64,000 nucleotides of DNA from Candidatus Heimdallarchaeota archaeon. GTDB lineage: Archaea > Asgardarchaeota > Heimdallarchaeia > Heimdallarchaeales > Heimdallarchaeaceae. The notes beneath the pieces were generated by a model. It had not been told where the DNA came from. It saw only the letters and a list, made by a program, of their open reading frames with translations, and did not search any database. Positions 52,840 to 61,853 of this stretch are shown here, piece after piece; positions within the stretch are counted from its first letter, which is position 1, and each line of letters starts with the position of its first letter. The stretch is taken from contig DAOVER010000005.1 of NCBI GenBank assembly GCA_030668875.1, positions 26,597 through 90,596 on the forward strand, written 5' to 3'. The position numbers and the translations under genes are program-made.

Positions 52840-53406
52840 CTAAATTATTTGTACCTCAAACTCTGTTCTAACAAATTCCATAGTTTCAGATGGGGTTAGT
52901 AAGTGCTTCTTTGGTATTTTCTTTCGTTTGTGTTGCCTGTACTTTAACCTATAACCTGGTCTTTCTAACTTAACAACGACATTGAAACCGATTGTTCCTA
53001 GCATTGGATCAAAAGGAGCATTTTCAATATCAACGTGCTCAGTTATACCAAAAGCAAAATTGCCTTGTTGGTCAAAGGAAGATTCCTTCACTTGATAATC
53101 ATGAGCATAAAGAAGACGCTTCAACATTATCTTGGCTTCTTCTCCACGTAATGTTACTAAAGCTGCGATAGACTCTCCTTCTCTTATACCAAAACCTCTT
53201 TCAGATCTTTTAGCTACACGTTCAACTGGTTCGCATTTGGTAATTTGACGAAGAATCTCTTTTGTTCTTTCAAATCTAGGACCTGATTCACCAACACAAC
53301 TATTGATGATTAAAGCCTTCAATCGAGGTTTTCGCATTGGATTCTTTTTCCATTCATCAGCAAATTGCAAAGGAATTGGTTCTTGCTCGATTACTTCGTC
53401 ACTCAT
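52840..53406 (-). CDS. rpl5: 50S ribosomal protein uL5
   Basis: NPMRKPRLKALIINSCVGESG ... GFGIREGE. Confidence 0.9.
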   Translation of the reverse strand: MSDEVIEQEPIPLQFADEWKKNPMRKPRLKALIINSCVGESGPRFERTKEILRQITKCEPVERVAKRSERGFGIREGESIAALVTLRGEEAKIMLKRLLYAHDYQVKESSFDQQGNFAFGITEHVDIENAPFDPMLGTIGFNVVVKLERPGYRLKYRQHKRKKIPKKHLLTPSETMEFVRTEFEVQII

Positions 53407-54161
53407 TTCTTATCACCTTCGTTACCAGCAATTGTTACACTTGGAGTATCATTGCCCACAATGAAAATATATCTGAACAGTGTAACGAAAATCTCACCAT
53501 CAGGTGTCTTTATGGTCGCTGTTTTAGTTTTTTGTGTTCCATGAGAACTGATTTCTTCAATAGTTCCATGCTTACCCATCCACCTTCCACTAGTTACAAT
53601 ACCATAATTACCTATTTTCAATTCGTATTTTTCTAAAATCTTTTGATCTGGTAAAGATATCTTAACTGTGTCATGTGTATGGTAAGGAACACTATCGCTT
53701 TCAGATTTCTGTAAGATGATGTTTCTACCATCATGGAGATTTAGTTGTGTTAGACCTCCTTTGAGTGTAGTCTTATTCTTAATTTGGCAGAGTTTAACTT
53801 TTGTTTCATCTTCCTTAATTGGAATTGTCCTTAGACCTTTCTTCGGAGTATATACTAATCTATAATGTTCTTTTATTTTTGGGAAGGAAATAACATCCAT
53901 GAAACCTAGTGGGTATTTTCTGTTTGTTTTTATTTTTCCATCTATGAGAACATTTCTTTCAACCAATATACGTTTAACTTCACTCATGTTTCGAGCTACT
54001 CGGAACATATCACGGAGCATAATGGCCATTGGAATACATTCATGTGCAGCATGAGGACCAGGAGAGGGTTTAACCGTATAAGTATTAGCTTTCTTTTCAA
54101 TAGGTATATGTTTTGAAACAACGAATCTCTTCAGATGTCGTTTTCCACCGCCTTTTGTCAT
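53403..54161 (-). CDS. rps4e: 30S ribosomal protein eS4
   Basis: GGKRHLKRFVVSKHIPIEKK...YTVKPSPGPH, followed by a KOW region. Confidence 0.9.
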   Translation of the reverse strand: MTKGGGKRHLKRFVVSKHIPIEKKANTYTVKPSPGPHAAHECIPMAIMLRDMFRVARNMSEVKRILVERNVLIDGKIKTNRKYPLGFMDVISFPKIKEHYRLVYTPKKGLRTIPIKEDETKVKLCQIKNKTTLKGGLTQLNLHDGRNIILQKSESDSVPYHTHDTVKISLPDQKILEKYELKIGNYGIVTSGRWMGKHGTIEEISSHGTQKTKTATIKTPDGEIFVTLFRYIFIVGNDTPSVTIAGNEGDKK

Positions 54162-54934
54162 ACTAATTCCTCCTTTTTATCTGTTTTCTCAGAAAGCAAA
54201 TCTTCTGCGTTAGCACTCATAGTTTTTGCTGTACCAGGACCAATACCAGGTACTTTTGAAAGCTCTTCTGAGGTTGCTTTGGCAATCTTATCAACAGTAT
54301 CAAAACCATTTTCTTTGAGAAGCATTGCGGTTTTAGCACCTATGCCCTTAATCATAGATATGTCAAGGTCAGAAACTTTGGTCTCCTCCTTGGGAGCTGC
54401 TTCTACAACATCTTTAGGAGCATCAGTTTCGTCAAGATCTTCGAATTCTTCAAAAATATCCTCTTCAAGATCTTCATCTTCTTCTTCGACATCAGATTCT
54501 TCTAAAGGCTCATCGAATTCATCAAATAGATCTTCAGTTAATTCTTCTTCAGTAAGTTCTTTTCTAGAACGTCTCTTAATGATCTCCCTTCTCTTTTTAT
54601 CACGTAAATTCAGAGAAGTAATTATGATGTTGCTTGGATGAACAGGAAAACTAGAGACTGTACCATCAGCTTTTTCCTTACTATATCCTTCGATATGAAC
54701 TGAATATTTCTGAGGTAAAACACGGATTACTTTACCTTTAATCTCTTGGTCTTCAGATTTAGCTCTGAAAACCAGTACTTTGTCATCTTTATGTACAGGA
54801 AGACGTCGAATACCATATTTATTTCTCAATTCACGTGAGAGAAGAGCAGTCATTTGACGATTGCGAAGATGTAAAGGAGCAGTATAATACCTCTTACGTT
54901 GTTTACGAGGTTGTTTTGTTTTTGTATATCTCAT
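54158..54934 (-). CDS. rpl24: 50S ribosomal protein uL24 with a C-terminal extension of about 135 aa (acidic linker plus an HhH module)
   Basis: The N-terminal ~120 aa is L24 (KOW: HKDDKVLVFRAKSEDQEIKGKVIRV). Then come the EEELTEDLFDEFDE... linker and VSDLDISMIKGIGAKTAMLLKENGFDTVDKIAKATSEELSKVPGIGPGTA. Confidence 0.9.
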   Translation of the reverse strand: MRYTKTKQPRKQRKRYYTAPLHLRNRQMTALLSRELRNKYGIRRLPVHKDDKVLVFRAKSEDQEIKGKVIRVLPQKYSVHIEGYSKEKADGTVSSFPVHPSNIIITSLNLRDKKRREIIKRRSRKELTEEELTEDLFDEFDEPLEESDVEEEDEDLEEDIFEEFEDLDETDAPKDVVEAAPKEETKVSDLDISMIKGIGAKTAMLLKENGFDTVDKIAKATSEELSKVPGIGPGTAKTMSANAEDLLSEKTDKKEELV

Positions 54935-54945
54935 TTATATTTCAC

Positions 54946-55362
54946 CTATACTATTATTGAAGCTTGATGTGCAATCTTTGGCCACTTTTCGGCTGCCTCT
55001 TTAGCAATTGGTCCTCGAATTTCGCTTCCGAGAGGATCTCCTACTTCGTTGGTAAGAACAACAGCATTCTCTTCAAATTGTATCCAATCACCAGATCGTC
55101 TACGGTATGGAGAACGTTGTCGAACAACTACTGCTGGAAAAATTTGTTTTCTCCTTTGTGGAGTGCCTTGTTTAACAGAAACGACAACCATGTCAGAAAC
55201 AGAGGCTTTTGGTACTCTGTTTAGTCTTCCTCTATAATTCTTTACGGCAATTATTTGAACTATTCTAGCACCAGAATTATCTGCGCTACGAAGTCTTGTC
55301 CCTACAATTAAGCCCTTTGTAATATGAACTTGTGTTCGTCCTACGGATTTTCTTTTTGCCAT
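54946..55362 (-). CDS. rpl14: 50S ribosomal protein uL14
   Basis: LRSADNSGARIVQIIAVKNYRG ... conserved L14 core. Confidence 0.9.
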   Translation of the reverse strand: MAKRKSVGRTQVHITKGLIVGTRLRSADNSGARIVQIIAVKNYRGRLNRVPKASVSDMVVVSVKQGTPQRRKQIFPAVVVRQRSPYRRRSGDWIQFEENAVVLTNEVGDPLGSEIRGPIAKEAAEKWPKIAHQASIIV

Positions 55363-55371
55363 GATACCACC

Positions 55372-55740
55372 CTAATTTAGTTTTTGAACCACAACAAAAC
55401 TTACTGTTTTTGCAAGTGGTCTGCATTCTGCTGCTAAAACCATATCGCCTTCTTTGACATTAAGGCAAGGGGGGTTGTGTGCAGAAATCTTTCCGTGAGC
55501 ACGTTCATATCTACGAAACTTTTTCACATACTTCAAGAAATCTCTTCTAATTACCACGGTACGTCTCATTTTATCGGAAATAACTTTTCCAGTAAAAATA
55601 CGACCCCTTGTTGGAAGTTGACCATGAAACGGACATCTTGGGTCATCGCACTCAGTAGCGGGAGGTTCGACTCCTTGAATACCTACATTACGTACTTTAC
55701 TCATTTGTTCTTTCACCTCGGTAATGCGTCTTGCACCCAT
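55372..55740 (-). CDS. rps17: 30S ribosomal protein uS17
   Basis: CDDPRCPFHGQLPTRGRIFTGKVISDKMRRTVVIRRD. Confidence 0.9.
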   Translation of the reverse strand: MGARRITEVKEQMSKVRNVGIQGVEPPATECDDPRCPFHGQLPTRGRIFTGKVISDKMRRTVVIRRDFLKYVKKFRRYERAHGKISAHNPPCLNVKEGDMVLAAECRPLAKTVSFVVVQKLN

Positions 55741-55958
55741 GTTTCCCCATCGTTTAGAAAGGATAGAGGAACAATCTTGGCTCCTTAATCAAGGAGTAAG
55801 ACGTCAATCACCTATAACTGATTCACAGTTATTTTTGTGATATTAGCAATCCTTTCCCCGTTATAATCTTTTTAATACTTTTCATTGTTAAGAGAAAAAT
55901 ATCGCAAGCGAGAAAAAGGGAAATTGTGGAAATGAAGTATCCTAAAGTATTGGTTAGG

Positions 55959-56714
55959 TTAACCAAAAAAGGTAACCATACCCGCTTGAATAAGGAGAAA
56001 TGTAACTAGATAAAGCAGTGCAAGGAAACAAATGTAACCGATAATAACAAGAGGATATCGAACCCAATATCTTATTTTTTTATAATCTTCAACTTTCCTA
56101 TGGGTACTAAACAACTTTGGAAAAAACATTCCGGTATTTAGACGATATTCAACATAATCATCACCAAGTTTCTTTATTAGTTTCCATTCTTCATAGTCTG
56201 ACCAAAAAAATAAGATAATACTAAAAACAGACCAAGAGAGTATGTCGCCAAACCTGATGCCAAGATCAGTTGACCAAGGAACAAAGAGCGAAAGAGACAA
56301 GGAAATGAGAATTAGACCGAGATGTTGGGGGTGACGGATTAATCGATAAGGTCCTTTTTTAACAAGACTCTCTTTTTTAAGGATAGAATTTGCTAAAGAA
56401 ACAATACCATAAACAATGAGAACAAGACCAATTAGAAAAAGTAAGAATTCAAAAACGATTAACACGATGACCCCAGGAGTGTATTCAGTACCCTGTAAAA
56501 CAATCCATGACCAACCCCAGTTTTCGGTATTAAAGAAGAAAACGACTTTCCAAGAAAGTAGAGCAAATGGATAAAGAAAGAACATAGGAGCAAGTATAAT
56601 GATGATGGTACGAAAATAGGACCAAACTATTGTTAACATATACAAAAATCTAGTTATGATATCACTGACTTGCTTCTTAATTGGTTCTGCCATGATGTGA
56701 TTCAATGATATCAC
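55959..56714 (-). CDS. ICMT/PEMT-like membrane methyltransferase family protein
   Basis: Multi-TM protein with LVKKGPYRLIRHPQHLGLIL, matching the G.Y...RHP.Y motif of the isoprenylcysteine carboxyl methyltransferase family. Confidence 0.55.
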   Translation of the reverse strand: MISLNHIMAEPIKKQVSDIITRFLYMLTIVWSYFRTIIIILAPMFFLYPFALLSWKVVFFFNTENWGWSWIVLQGTEYTPGVIVLIVFEFLLFLIGLVLIVYGIVSLANSILKKESLVKKGPYRLIRHPQHLGLILISLSLSLFVPWSTDLGIRFGDILSWSVFSIILFFWSDYEEWKLIKKLGDDYVEYRLNTGMFFPKLFSTHRKVEDYKKIRYWVRYPLVIIGYICFLALLYLVTFLLIQAGMVTFFG

Positions 56715-56833
56715 ATATTTATATTATTTTATAATAACTATAGTATCTATAAAGTGGCGTAAATAACACCTTGTATGATAGCTGCAATATACAGATGAGG
56801 AGAGTGCCTGAAAAGAGAAGCGTAAGAAAAAAC

Positions 56834-56843
56834 TTTTAAAATA
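56834..56843 (+). promoter_or_regulatory. probable TATA box (with upstream A-rich BRE) for tRNA-Ile
   Basis: ttttaaaata is centred about 32 nt upstream of the mature tRNA 5' end and is preceded by agaaaaaac. Confidence 0.4.
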
Positions 56844-56870
56844 AAGATGCAACGGAACAAATGCTAATAA

Positions 56871-56979
56871 GGGCCATTAGCTCAGTTTGGTTAGAGCGTT
56901 CGGCTGATAGTTTAACCGCTAGAGAGCGTGTAATTTCGAAACCGAAAGGTCCGTGGTTCGAATCCGCGATGGCCCACCA
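56871..56979 (+). tRNA. tRNA-Ile(GAU) with a ~31-nt intron at the canonical 37/38 position and encoded CCA
   Basis: Acceptor GGGCCAT/ATGGCCC. D arm GCTC-AGTTTGGTTA-GAGC. Anticodon stem TTCGG...CCGAA with loop CTGATA|intron (56910..56940)|A. T arm CGTGG-TTCGAAT-CCGCG. Confidence 0.85.
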
Positions 56980-57097
56980 TTCTTCTACTTTTAAGATTTA
57001 TCACCACGAGATAGGATATTCAAACTGCTAGCGCGCAGAAGATTTTTATTCCCAAGAGGCATATTATCTATGAATAGATTATTAGTGAGGGAAATTA

Positions 57098-57661
57098 ATG
57101 AAAAAACCACTTTCCTTTGAAGAATTTGAAAAAACCAAAAGTAAAGATATGGCCAACGAATACAATAGATATAGTTGGGTTATCAATAAAGAAGAGGAAT
57201 ATTCTATCAGAGAGATATCAACTCACACAATAACTATGAATCTTTATCATCAAGCTTCTTTGTGCTATATCGAAGGCCTATATCTATCATGTATTTTATC
57301 TATAGGGGCAACCATTGACCAATTTATTAGGCAATTAGTTGACCCGACATACAAACAAAGAAACTGGATAGAAAAAAGTAATCTAGATAATGCTGTAGAA
57401 CAGAAATTTATTGCTCAAGAGCATGAAAAGGAAATTCATGAATTTAAATACTCTATAAGAGATCCTGTTGCACATCCTAAAGTTCCTGTATTTGGAATGC
57501 TAGGTTTACCTTATGACAAGAAAAAAGGTTACTGGGGAGGTGAACATGTTAAACCAGTTTTAACAGGACCTAAACCAAGTGCCGAAAGAGGACTTGAGCT
57601 ATTTTGGAAAGTAGTAAATTATTATTTTTACATATACAAAAAAGGAGCACCATCACAATAG
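57098..57661 (+). CDS. hypothetical helical protein with an Rx4H (HEPN-like) motif
   Basis: YSIRDPVAHPK contains R-D-x3-H, the Rx4-6H pattern with a polar residue after the Arg. The protein is all-helical by eye, 187 aa. Confidence 0.35.
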   Translation: MKKPLSFEEFEKTKSKDMANEYNRYSWVINKEEEYSIREISTHTITMNLYHQASLCYIEGLYLSCILSIGATIDQFIRQLVDPTYKQRNWIEKSNLDNAVEQKFIAQEHEKEIHEFKYSIRDPVAHPKVPVFGMLGLPYDKKKGYWGGEHVKPVLTGPKPSAERGLELFWKVVNYYFYIYKKGAPSQ

Positions 57662-57711
57662 TATATGTAAAATATCTAGAACTAGGAAAATAATTTGATT
57701 GAGAGAATATA

Positions 57712-58389
57712 ATGGAAATAAGCAAAGTAATAGAAGAAATTAATACCCTTTTGACAGTGTTATGCAAATATAACAAAGAAACAGATAAAGAACTTGCAAA
57801 AATTCAGTTCCCAAAAGGAGTTATCACATCTGTATACCAATATAAAATAGGAATGCCTTTCATAACAGATGAAGTTCTTCAAAGAAATTTAGCGTATCAT
57901 TGTATGTTAGATGATGTTTTTACTTGGTTACTAAGACATTTTGCATTTTATGCTGTAGTTAAGGAAATGGTAATTAAAATAGCAATTGCAAATATAGGAA
58001 ATATGATGGAAGCAATTACTCAACATATAGTAAAACAATTTCAAAGTGATAAACCAGTGGTTTTGTTTTCAAATATAATAGCGATACTATCAAAACGAAT
58101 CAACTGTTTAAGGAAAAGGAAAAAGGATAGGATAGGCACTCGTAAAGGACTCAGCAAACTAGTTAGTAATAAAATAATTACTAACAATTTAAAGAAGGAA
58201 GTTATGGGGGTATGGGGGGTAAGATGTAAACAGCATCTTGAATCTCTTAAGAAGAGAGAATTCAATATATACAATACAGATGATTATCGTGAAGCTATTA
58301 AAATATGGATAAATTTTAACAAACAGCTTTTTGAATCATGTGAAAAGGATTTGATAAAAGGCTCAGAAAATATTCTTCGAGGTTTTTAA
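57712..58389 (+). CDS. hypothetical protein (225 aa), downstream partner of the HEPN-like gene
   Basis: Same strand, 50-nt gap. No motif recognised. Confidence 0.45.
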   Translation: MEISKVIEEINTLLTVLCKYNKETDKELAKIQFPKGVITSVYQYKIGMPFITDEVLQRNLAYHCMLDDVFTWLLRHFAFYAVVKEMVIKIAIANIGNMMEAITQHIVKQFQSDKPVVLFSNIIAILSKRINCLRKRKKDRIGTRKGLSKLVSNKIITNNLKKEVMGVWGVRCKQHLESLKKREFNIYNTDDYREAIKIWINFNKQLFESCEKDLIKGSENILRGF

Positions 58390-58474
58390 GTCCTTTATAA
58401 AATAGTTTTTCCATCTCTATTTATGTTACTTACATCTTAGTGTAAGATAGAGCAAATAAGATACAAATAATCTA

Positions 58475-58696
58475 TTACTTGCTAGAGCTATTCTTTGATT
58501 TGTATGTGTATCTTTTTTTATTATCAATCATTTTGATTAATCGATGAGTACCATCTATTTCTTTTACACTAGCTCTAGGTTTTTCCGTCATTAAATCCTC
58601 AAGATTCAATATTGCCATTCCCTTATCTTGTTTTGAAGCTTGTTTTGTTGCTATCTTTGGTATTGAATCTATTGCTCTTTCTATTTCATCTACCAT
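58475..58696 (-). CDS. small hypothetical protein (73 aa)
   Basis: ORF only. Confidence 0.3.
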   Translation of the reverse strand: MVDEIERAIDSIPKIATKQASKQDKGMAILNLEDLMTEKPRASVKEIDGTHRLIKMIDNKKRYTYKSKNSSSK

Positions 58697-58823
58697 ATTC
58701 TCACAAACCCAATCTATACTAGTAGAACTTGTTTCTCTTTTGATTCATTGTATTACTTGGATATTCAATTTGAGATGCAGCAAGGGACAAAAATTTATTA
58801 TAATTGTCTTTCCCTTTTTACTC

Positions 58824-59261
58824 ATGCCTCCTTCCAATGATTCTGAAGAACAAGTTAAAATTGGTGCAGATTTGTTATTGAAGGGTTGGGTGATGCTCAA
58901 TCGCGCATGTCCTACCTGTTATTTACCACTTTACAAAAAACAAGATAGAGTAGTTTGTGTGAAATGTAAGCAAGATTATGTTTTAGTTGATTCACCCTCG
59001 GAAATACCACAACAACAGAGAAATAATGCTCAACAGAAAGTGATCTCAGCTCCATATAGTAATTCTTCACCCCAATCCAATCTATCTTCACTTGACTTTT
59101 CGTCACTCCCTCCAGCATTGGTTGATACAGCTAAAATCTTACTTGAGAAAATAGAAATGCTCAATGTCCAATTAAAGGAAACAACTGATCCTAAAGAAAT
59201 CACGGATATTTCTAACTCTATTCGTTCTCTTGTTGATTCTATTCGTTCTCTGACTTCTTAG
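58824..59261 (+). CDS. zinc-ribbon protein of the SSSCA1/autoantigen-p27 (archaeal UPF0148) family
   Basis: GADLLLKGWVMLNRACPTCYLPLYKKQDRVVCVKCKQDY. The start is set to the ATG at 58824; the ORF track starts at 58740. Confidence 0.55.
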   Translation: MPPSNDSEEQVKIGADLLLKGWVMLNRACPTCYLPLYKKQDRVVCVKCKQDYVLVDSPSEIPQQQRNNAQQKVISAPYSNSSPQSNLSSLDFSSLPPALVDTAKILLEKIEMLNVQLKETTDPKEITDISNSIRSLVDSIRSLTS

Positions 59262-61719
59262 AATCTTGTTGAGGTTCAGGCCTTAGACTATCCAACTCCT
59301 CTTTTATTCCACTTAATTCTTTCTCTGCAGTTAGTTCATTATAATCAGCATAGATAAAATCGATAATGTCAGAAGCAATTTTTTCTCCTACTCCTCTTAT
59401 CTCAAAGAAATCTTCTCTGTTTGCAGTTACAATTCCTCTGAACGACCCAAAGTGTTTCAGTAATCGTCGAGAGATTTTATGCTCAATGTGAGGTAGTGCA
59501 GAAACTGCTTCTTCTAGTTGGATTTGTAATCCCAAGCCCTTTCTTTTACCGATAGATAATCTTCTTTTTCTTTCAACTTGTTCTCTTTTTGCAAAAGCAT
59601 ATAGCATTTCAGCTGTTTCTCTTTGATTCTTCGTATGGATTATAGGAATTCGAAAATCAGTAATCAAAGAGGTTAGTGCTCCAGATAAAGCATGAGGATG
59701 CAAGGTTGAACCATGAAGATTAAACTCTCCTTCAATTAATATAACTGGTTTAGCACAATTTTCTACAAGGATTTTTGTTTGAGAGAATAAACGTTTATCC
59801 ATAATAGATTTAACAAAATCATCTTGTGTCTTTCGCTCTACTATAACTTGGTCTGAACAGATATAATCGCCAATTTCTAATCTTTCGAAACCAAGGACAA
59901 CATCTTTTCTCATTAATTCTTTAATAACTGTAGAGTTCCTTTCCCTACTATCACAAATTATTTTTATTTCCCCTTCATCTGCTAATTCTTTGCTCTCATC
60001 AACGTTCTCGTCTTCAATAACTGACAGTGCTTCTACCGCTTCCTCTTTTTCTTCAATTTCTGTTTTTTTGGATGATTCTGTTTCCGCTTCTTTCAGAAAA
60101 TCAAGAATGCCTTTTTGTTGCTCCTTTTTCTTCATGGCTTTTACTGAGGGTGATTTTTCTAATTGTTTCACAATTTTCTTCATTTTCTGAGCCTGTCTCT
60201 TCGACGCCCACATATAAGCTACATCCCTAGTTCCTTCAGCTATCAACATTATTACCTTGCCCTCCTTTCTTCTACCTGTACGACCTTTTCTCTGAATCAA
60301 TCGTATAGCACTAGGAACGGCATCATAAAAAATAACAAGCTCACATTCACCAATATCTAATCCTTCTTCGGCAACACTTGTTGAAACAAGAACATTGTAT
60401 GTTCCATCACGGAATTCTTGCATAATTTCGATCTGTTTTTTCTGAGATAGCCCTTTTTCACCTTTCATTGATGATTGACCCACAAACCAGTGCGCATTTA
60501 TTCCTTCAATTTTATTTATTTCTTTACTGATTATTTTGGCAGCGACTCTGAAATGGGAGAAGATGAGTATTCTATTGTTAGCATTGTTTTCTACTTCTTC
60601 TTGGACTATTTCTTTCAATCGCTCTACTTTGGGATGAATTACCTTTTCCTCTTGTAATATGTGAACAGCTTCAACAACTTTTCTCATTTCATCAGAAAAC
60701 ATCATGTTCTTTAGAGCTCGACTCCCTCTTCCAAACTTAATTTCATTAATATGACCTTCTAGATATTTATTAAGGGAAGGAACACCTTGAGTCTCTATTA
60801 ATTCAATGGCGTGAGATATCCTAATCGAGTTCCCAACAAGAGCCATTGCTTTAAAAAAATCTGTTCTATCTTCATCAGGAGAACTAGAAAATTTCTCATT
60901 TACTCTTCCCCGTAATTTCAATAATTCTCGTCTAGGATTATTTCTAGGAACTGCTGAGTTAATAATGCCGAGCTCCTTTAATCCTTCTAAGATAATTTTA
61001 AAGAAGTCATTTAGTGTCGAGATTATCACACTAAATGCTTCAGAAAGAGGGATGATTTCCCAATTTTCTTGAATCTCGTGGATATATTGTTTAACATCAT
61101 CAGAGCTTTCATCTCTCATTTCCACATTGAAAGCCTTCAAATTTTCTTGTACCTCTTCAATCCTTTCAATATTAGCTCCTGGACTTGCAGTGATGCCAAG
61201 CAGAAGAGGATTTTTTGCCTTCAAGTTATATTGTTCAGCAATGAAAACGTAACTATGGTCACCAACAGCCTTATGAGCTTCATCTAGGCACATAAAAACG
61301 AAATCTTCAAGTTTTACTCTACGTTGGATGATATCGTTTTGAATAGTTTGAGGTGTACAGATGAATACTTGTCCCTCTTCCCAGATTTGTTTTCTTGTAC
61401 TGGGATCAGTTTGACCAGAGATTTGTATGATTTTATCTGAATCAATATTTAAAGAAGATCTAGTAGTTTGTTCATGTTGTTCAAGTAGTGGTTTAGTTGG
61501 AGCGCAAAATACAATTTTTCCCTCGGGAAATTTCTGAATGCGATGTGCAGCAATCATGATAAAAAGGATTGTTTTACCCAAACCCGTTGGTAAAATAACC
61601 AAAGAATTTTCCTTAACGCATGAAGCAAATAATGTCTGCTGGTACAATCTCGCTTCAATTTTATCAGGTTTAATCAGAGGATGGTTAATATATTCTGCTT
61701 GATCCATTGGAAACCACAA
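59239..61719 (-). CDS. hef: Hef (FANCM/XPF-family) helicase-nuclease
   Basis: Helicase motifs PTGLGKT, CLDEAHKAVG, ITASPG and RKGRTGR. ERCC4 nuclease motifs DSRE...GDY...VERKTQDDF. C-terminal (HhH)2 with RGVGEKIA. Confidence 0.9.
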   Translation of the reverse strand: MWFPMDQAEYINHPLIKPDKIEARLYQQTLFASCVKENSLVILPTGLGKTILFIMIAAHRIQKFPEGKIVFCAPTKPLLEQHEQTTRSSLNIDSDKIIQISGQTDPSTRKQIWEEGQVFICTPQTIQNDIIQRRVKLEDFVFMCLDEAHKAVGDHSYVFIAEQYNLKAKNPLLLGITASPGANIERIEEVQENLKAFNVEMRDESSDDVKQYIHEIQENWEIIPLSEAFSVIISTLNDFFKIILEGLKELGIINSAVPRNNPRRELLKLRGRVNEKFSSSPDEDRTDFFKAMALVGNSIRISHAIELIETQGVPSLNKYLEGHINEIKFGRGSRALKNMMFSDEMRKVVEAVHILQEEKVIHPKVERLKEIVQEEVENNANNRILIFSHFRVAAKIISKEINKIEGINAHWFVGQSSMKGEKGLSQKKQIEIMQEFRDGTYNVLVSTSVAEEGLDIGECELVIFYDAVPSAIRLIQRKGRTGRRKEGKVIMLIAEGTRDVAYMWASKRQAQKMKKIVKQLEKSPSVKAMKKKEQQKGILDFLKEAETESSKKTEIEEKEEAVEALSVIEDENVDESKELADEGEIKIICDSRERNSTVIKELMRKDVVLGFERLEIGDYICSDQVIVERKTQDDFVKSIMDKRLFSQTKILVENCAKPVILIEGEFNLHGSTLHPHALSGALTSLITDFRIPIIHTKNQRETAEMLYAFAKREQVERKRRLSIGKRKGLGLQIQLEEAVSALPHIEHKISRRLLKHFGSFRGIVTANREDFFEIRGVGEKIASDIIDFIYADYNELTAEKELSGIKEELDSLRPEPQQDSKKSENE

Positions 61720-61853
61720 TCATGTCATCGTACAATGATGGTTTTTTTACTATTTAAATTTTAATTGTTCTTTGTAATATATTCTCTTTTCTTAATTATT
61801 TTGCACAATTCTTATTAGGGGGGTACATTGAGAAGGATTGTGATTGCTTAGAA

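Noticed and set aside
54135-54641. 168-aa Ser-rich ORF on the plus strand
   Set aside because: It is antisense to the acidic/HhH tail of uL24.
55959-56714. Idea that the ICMT-like methyltransferase processes the Rab/Ras-like GTPase as in the eukaryotic CaaX pathway
   Set aside because: The GTPase at 10944..11495 has no C-terminal Cys or CaaX box. The ICMT/PEMT family is widespread in prokaryotes with unrelated roles. The genes are also 45 kb apart.
56980-58740. Integrated element at tRNA-Ile
   Set aside because: No duplicated tRNA 3' segment (att), no integrase gene and no compositional shift were seen. Only the gene-pair observation is retained.
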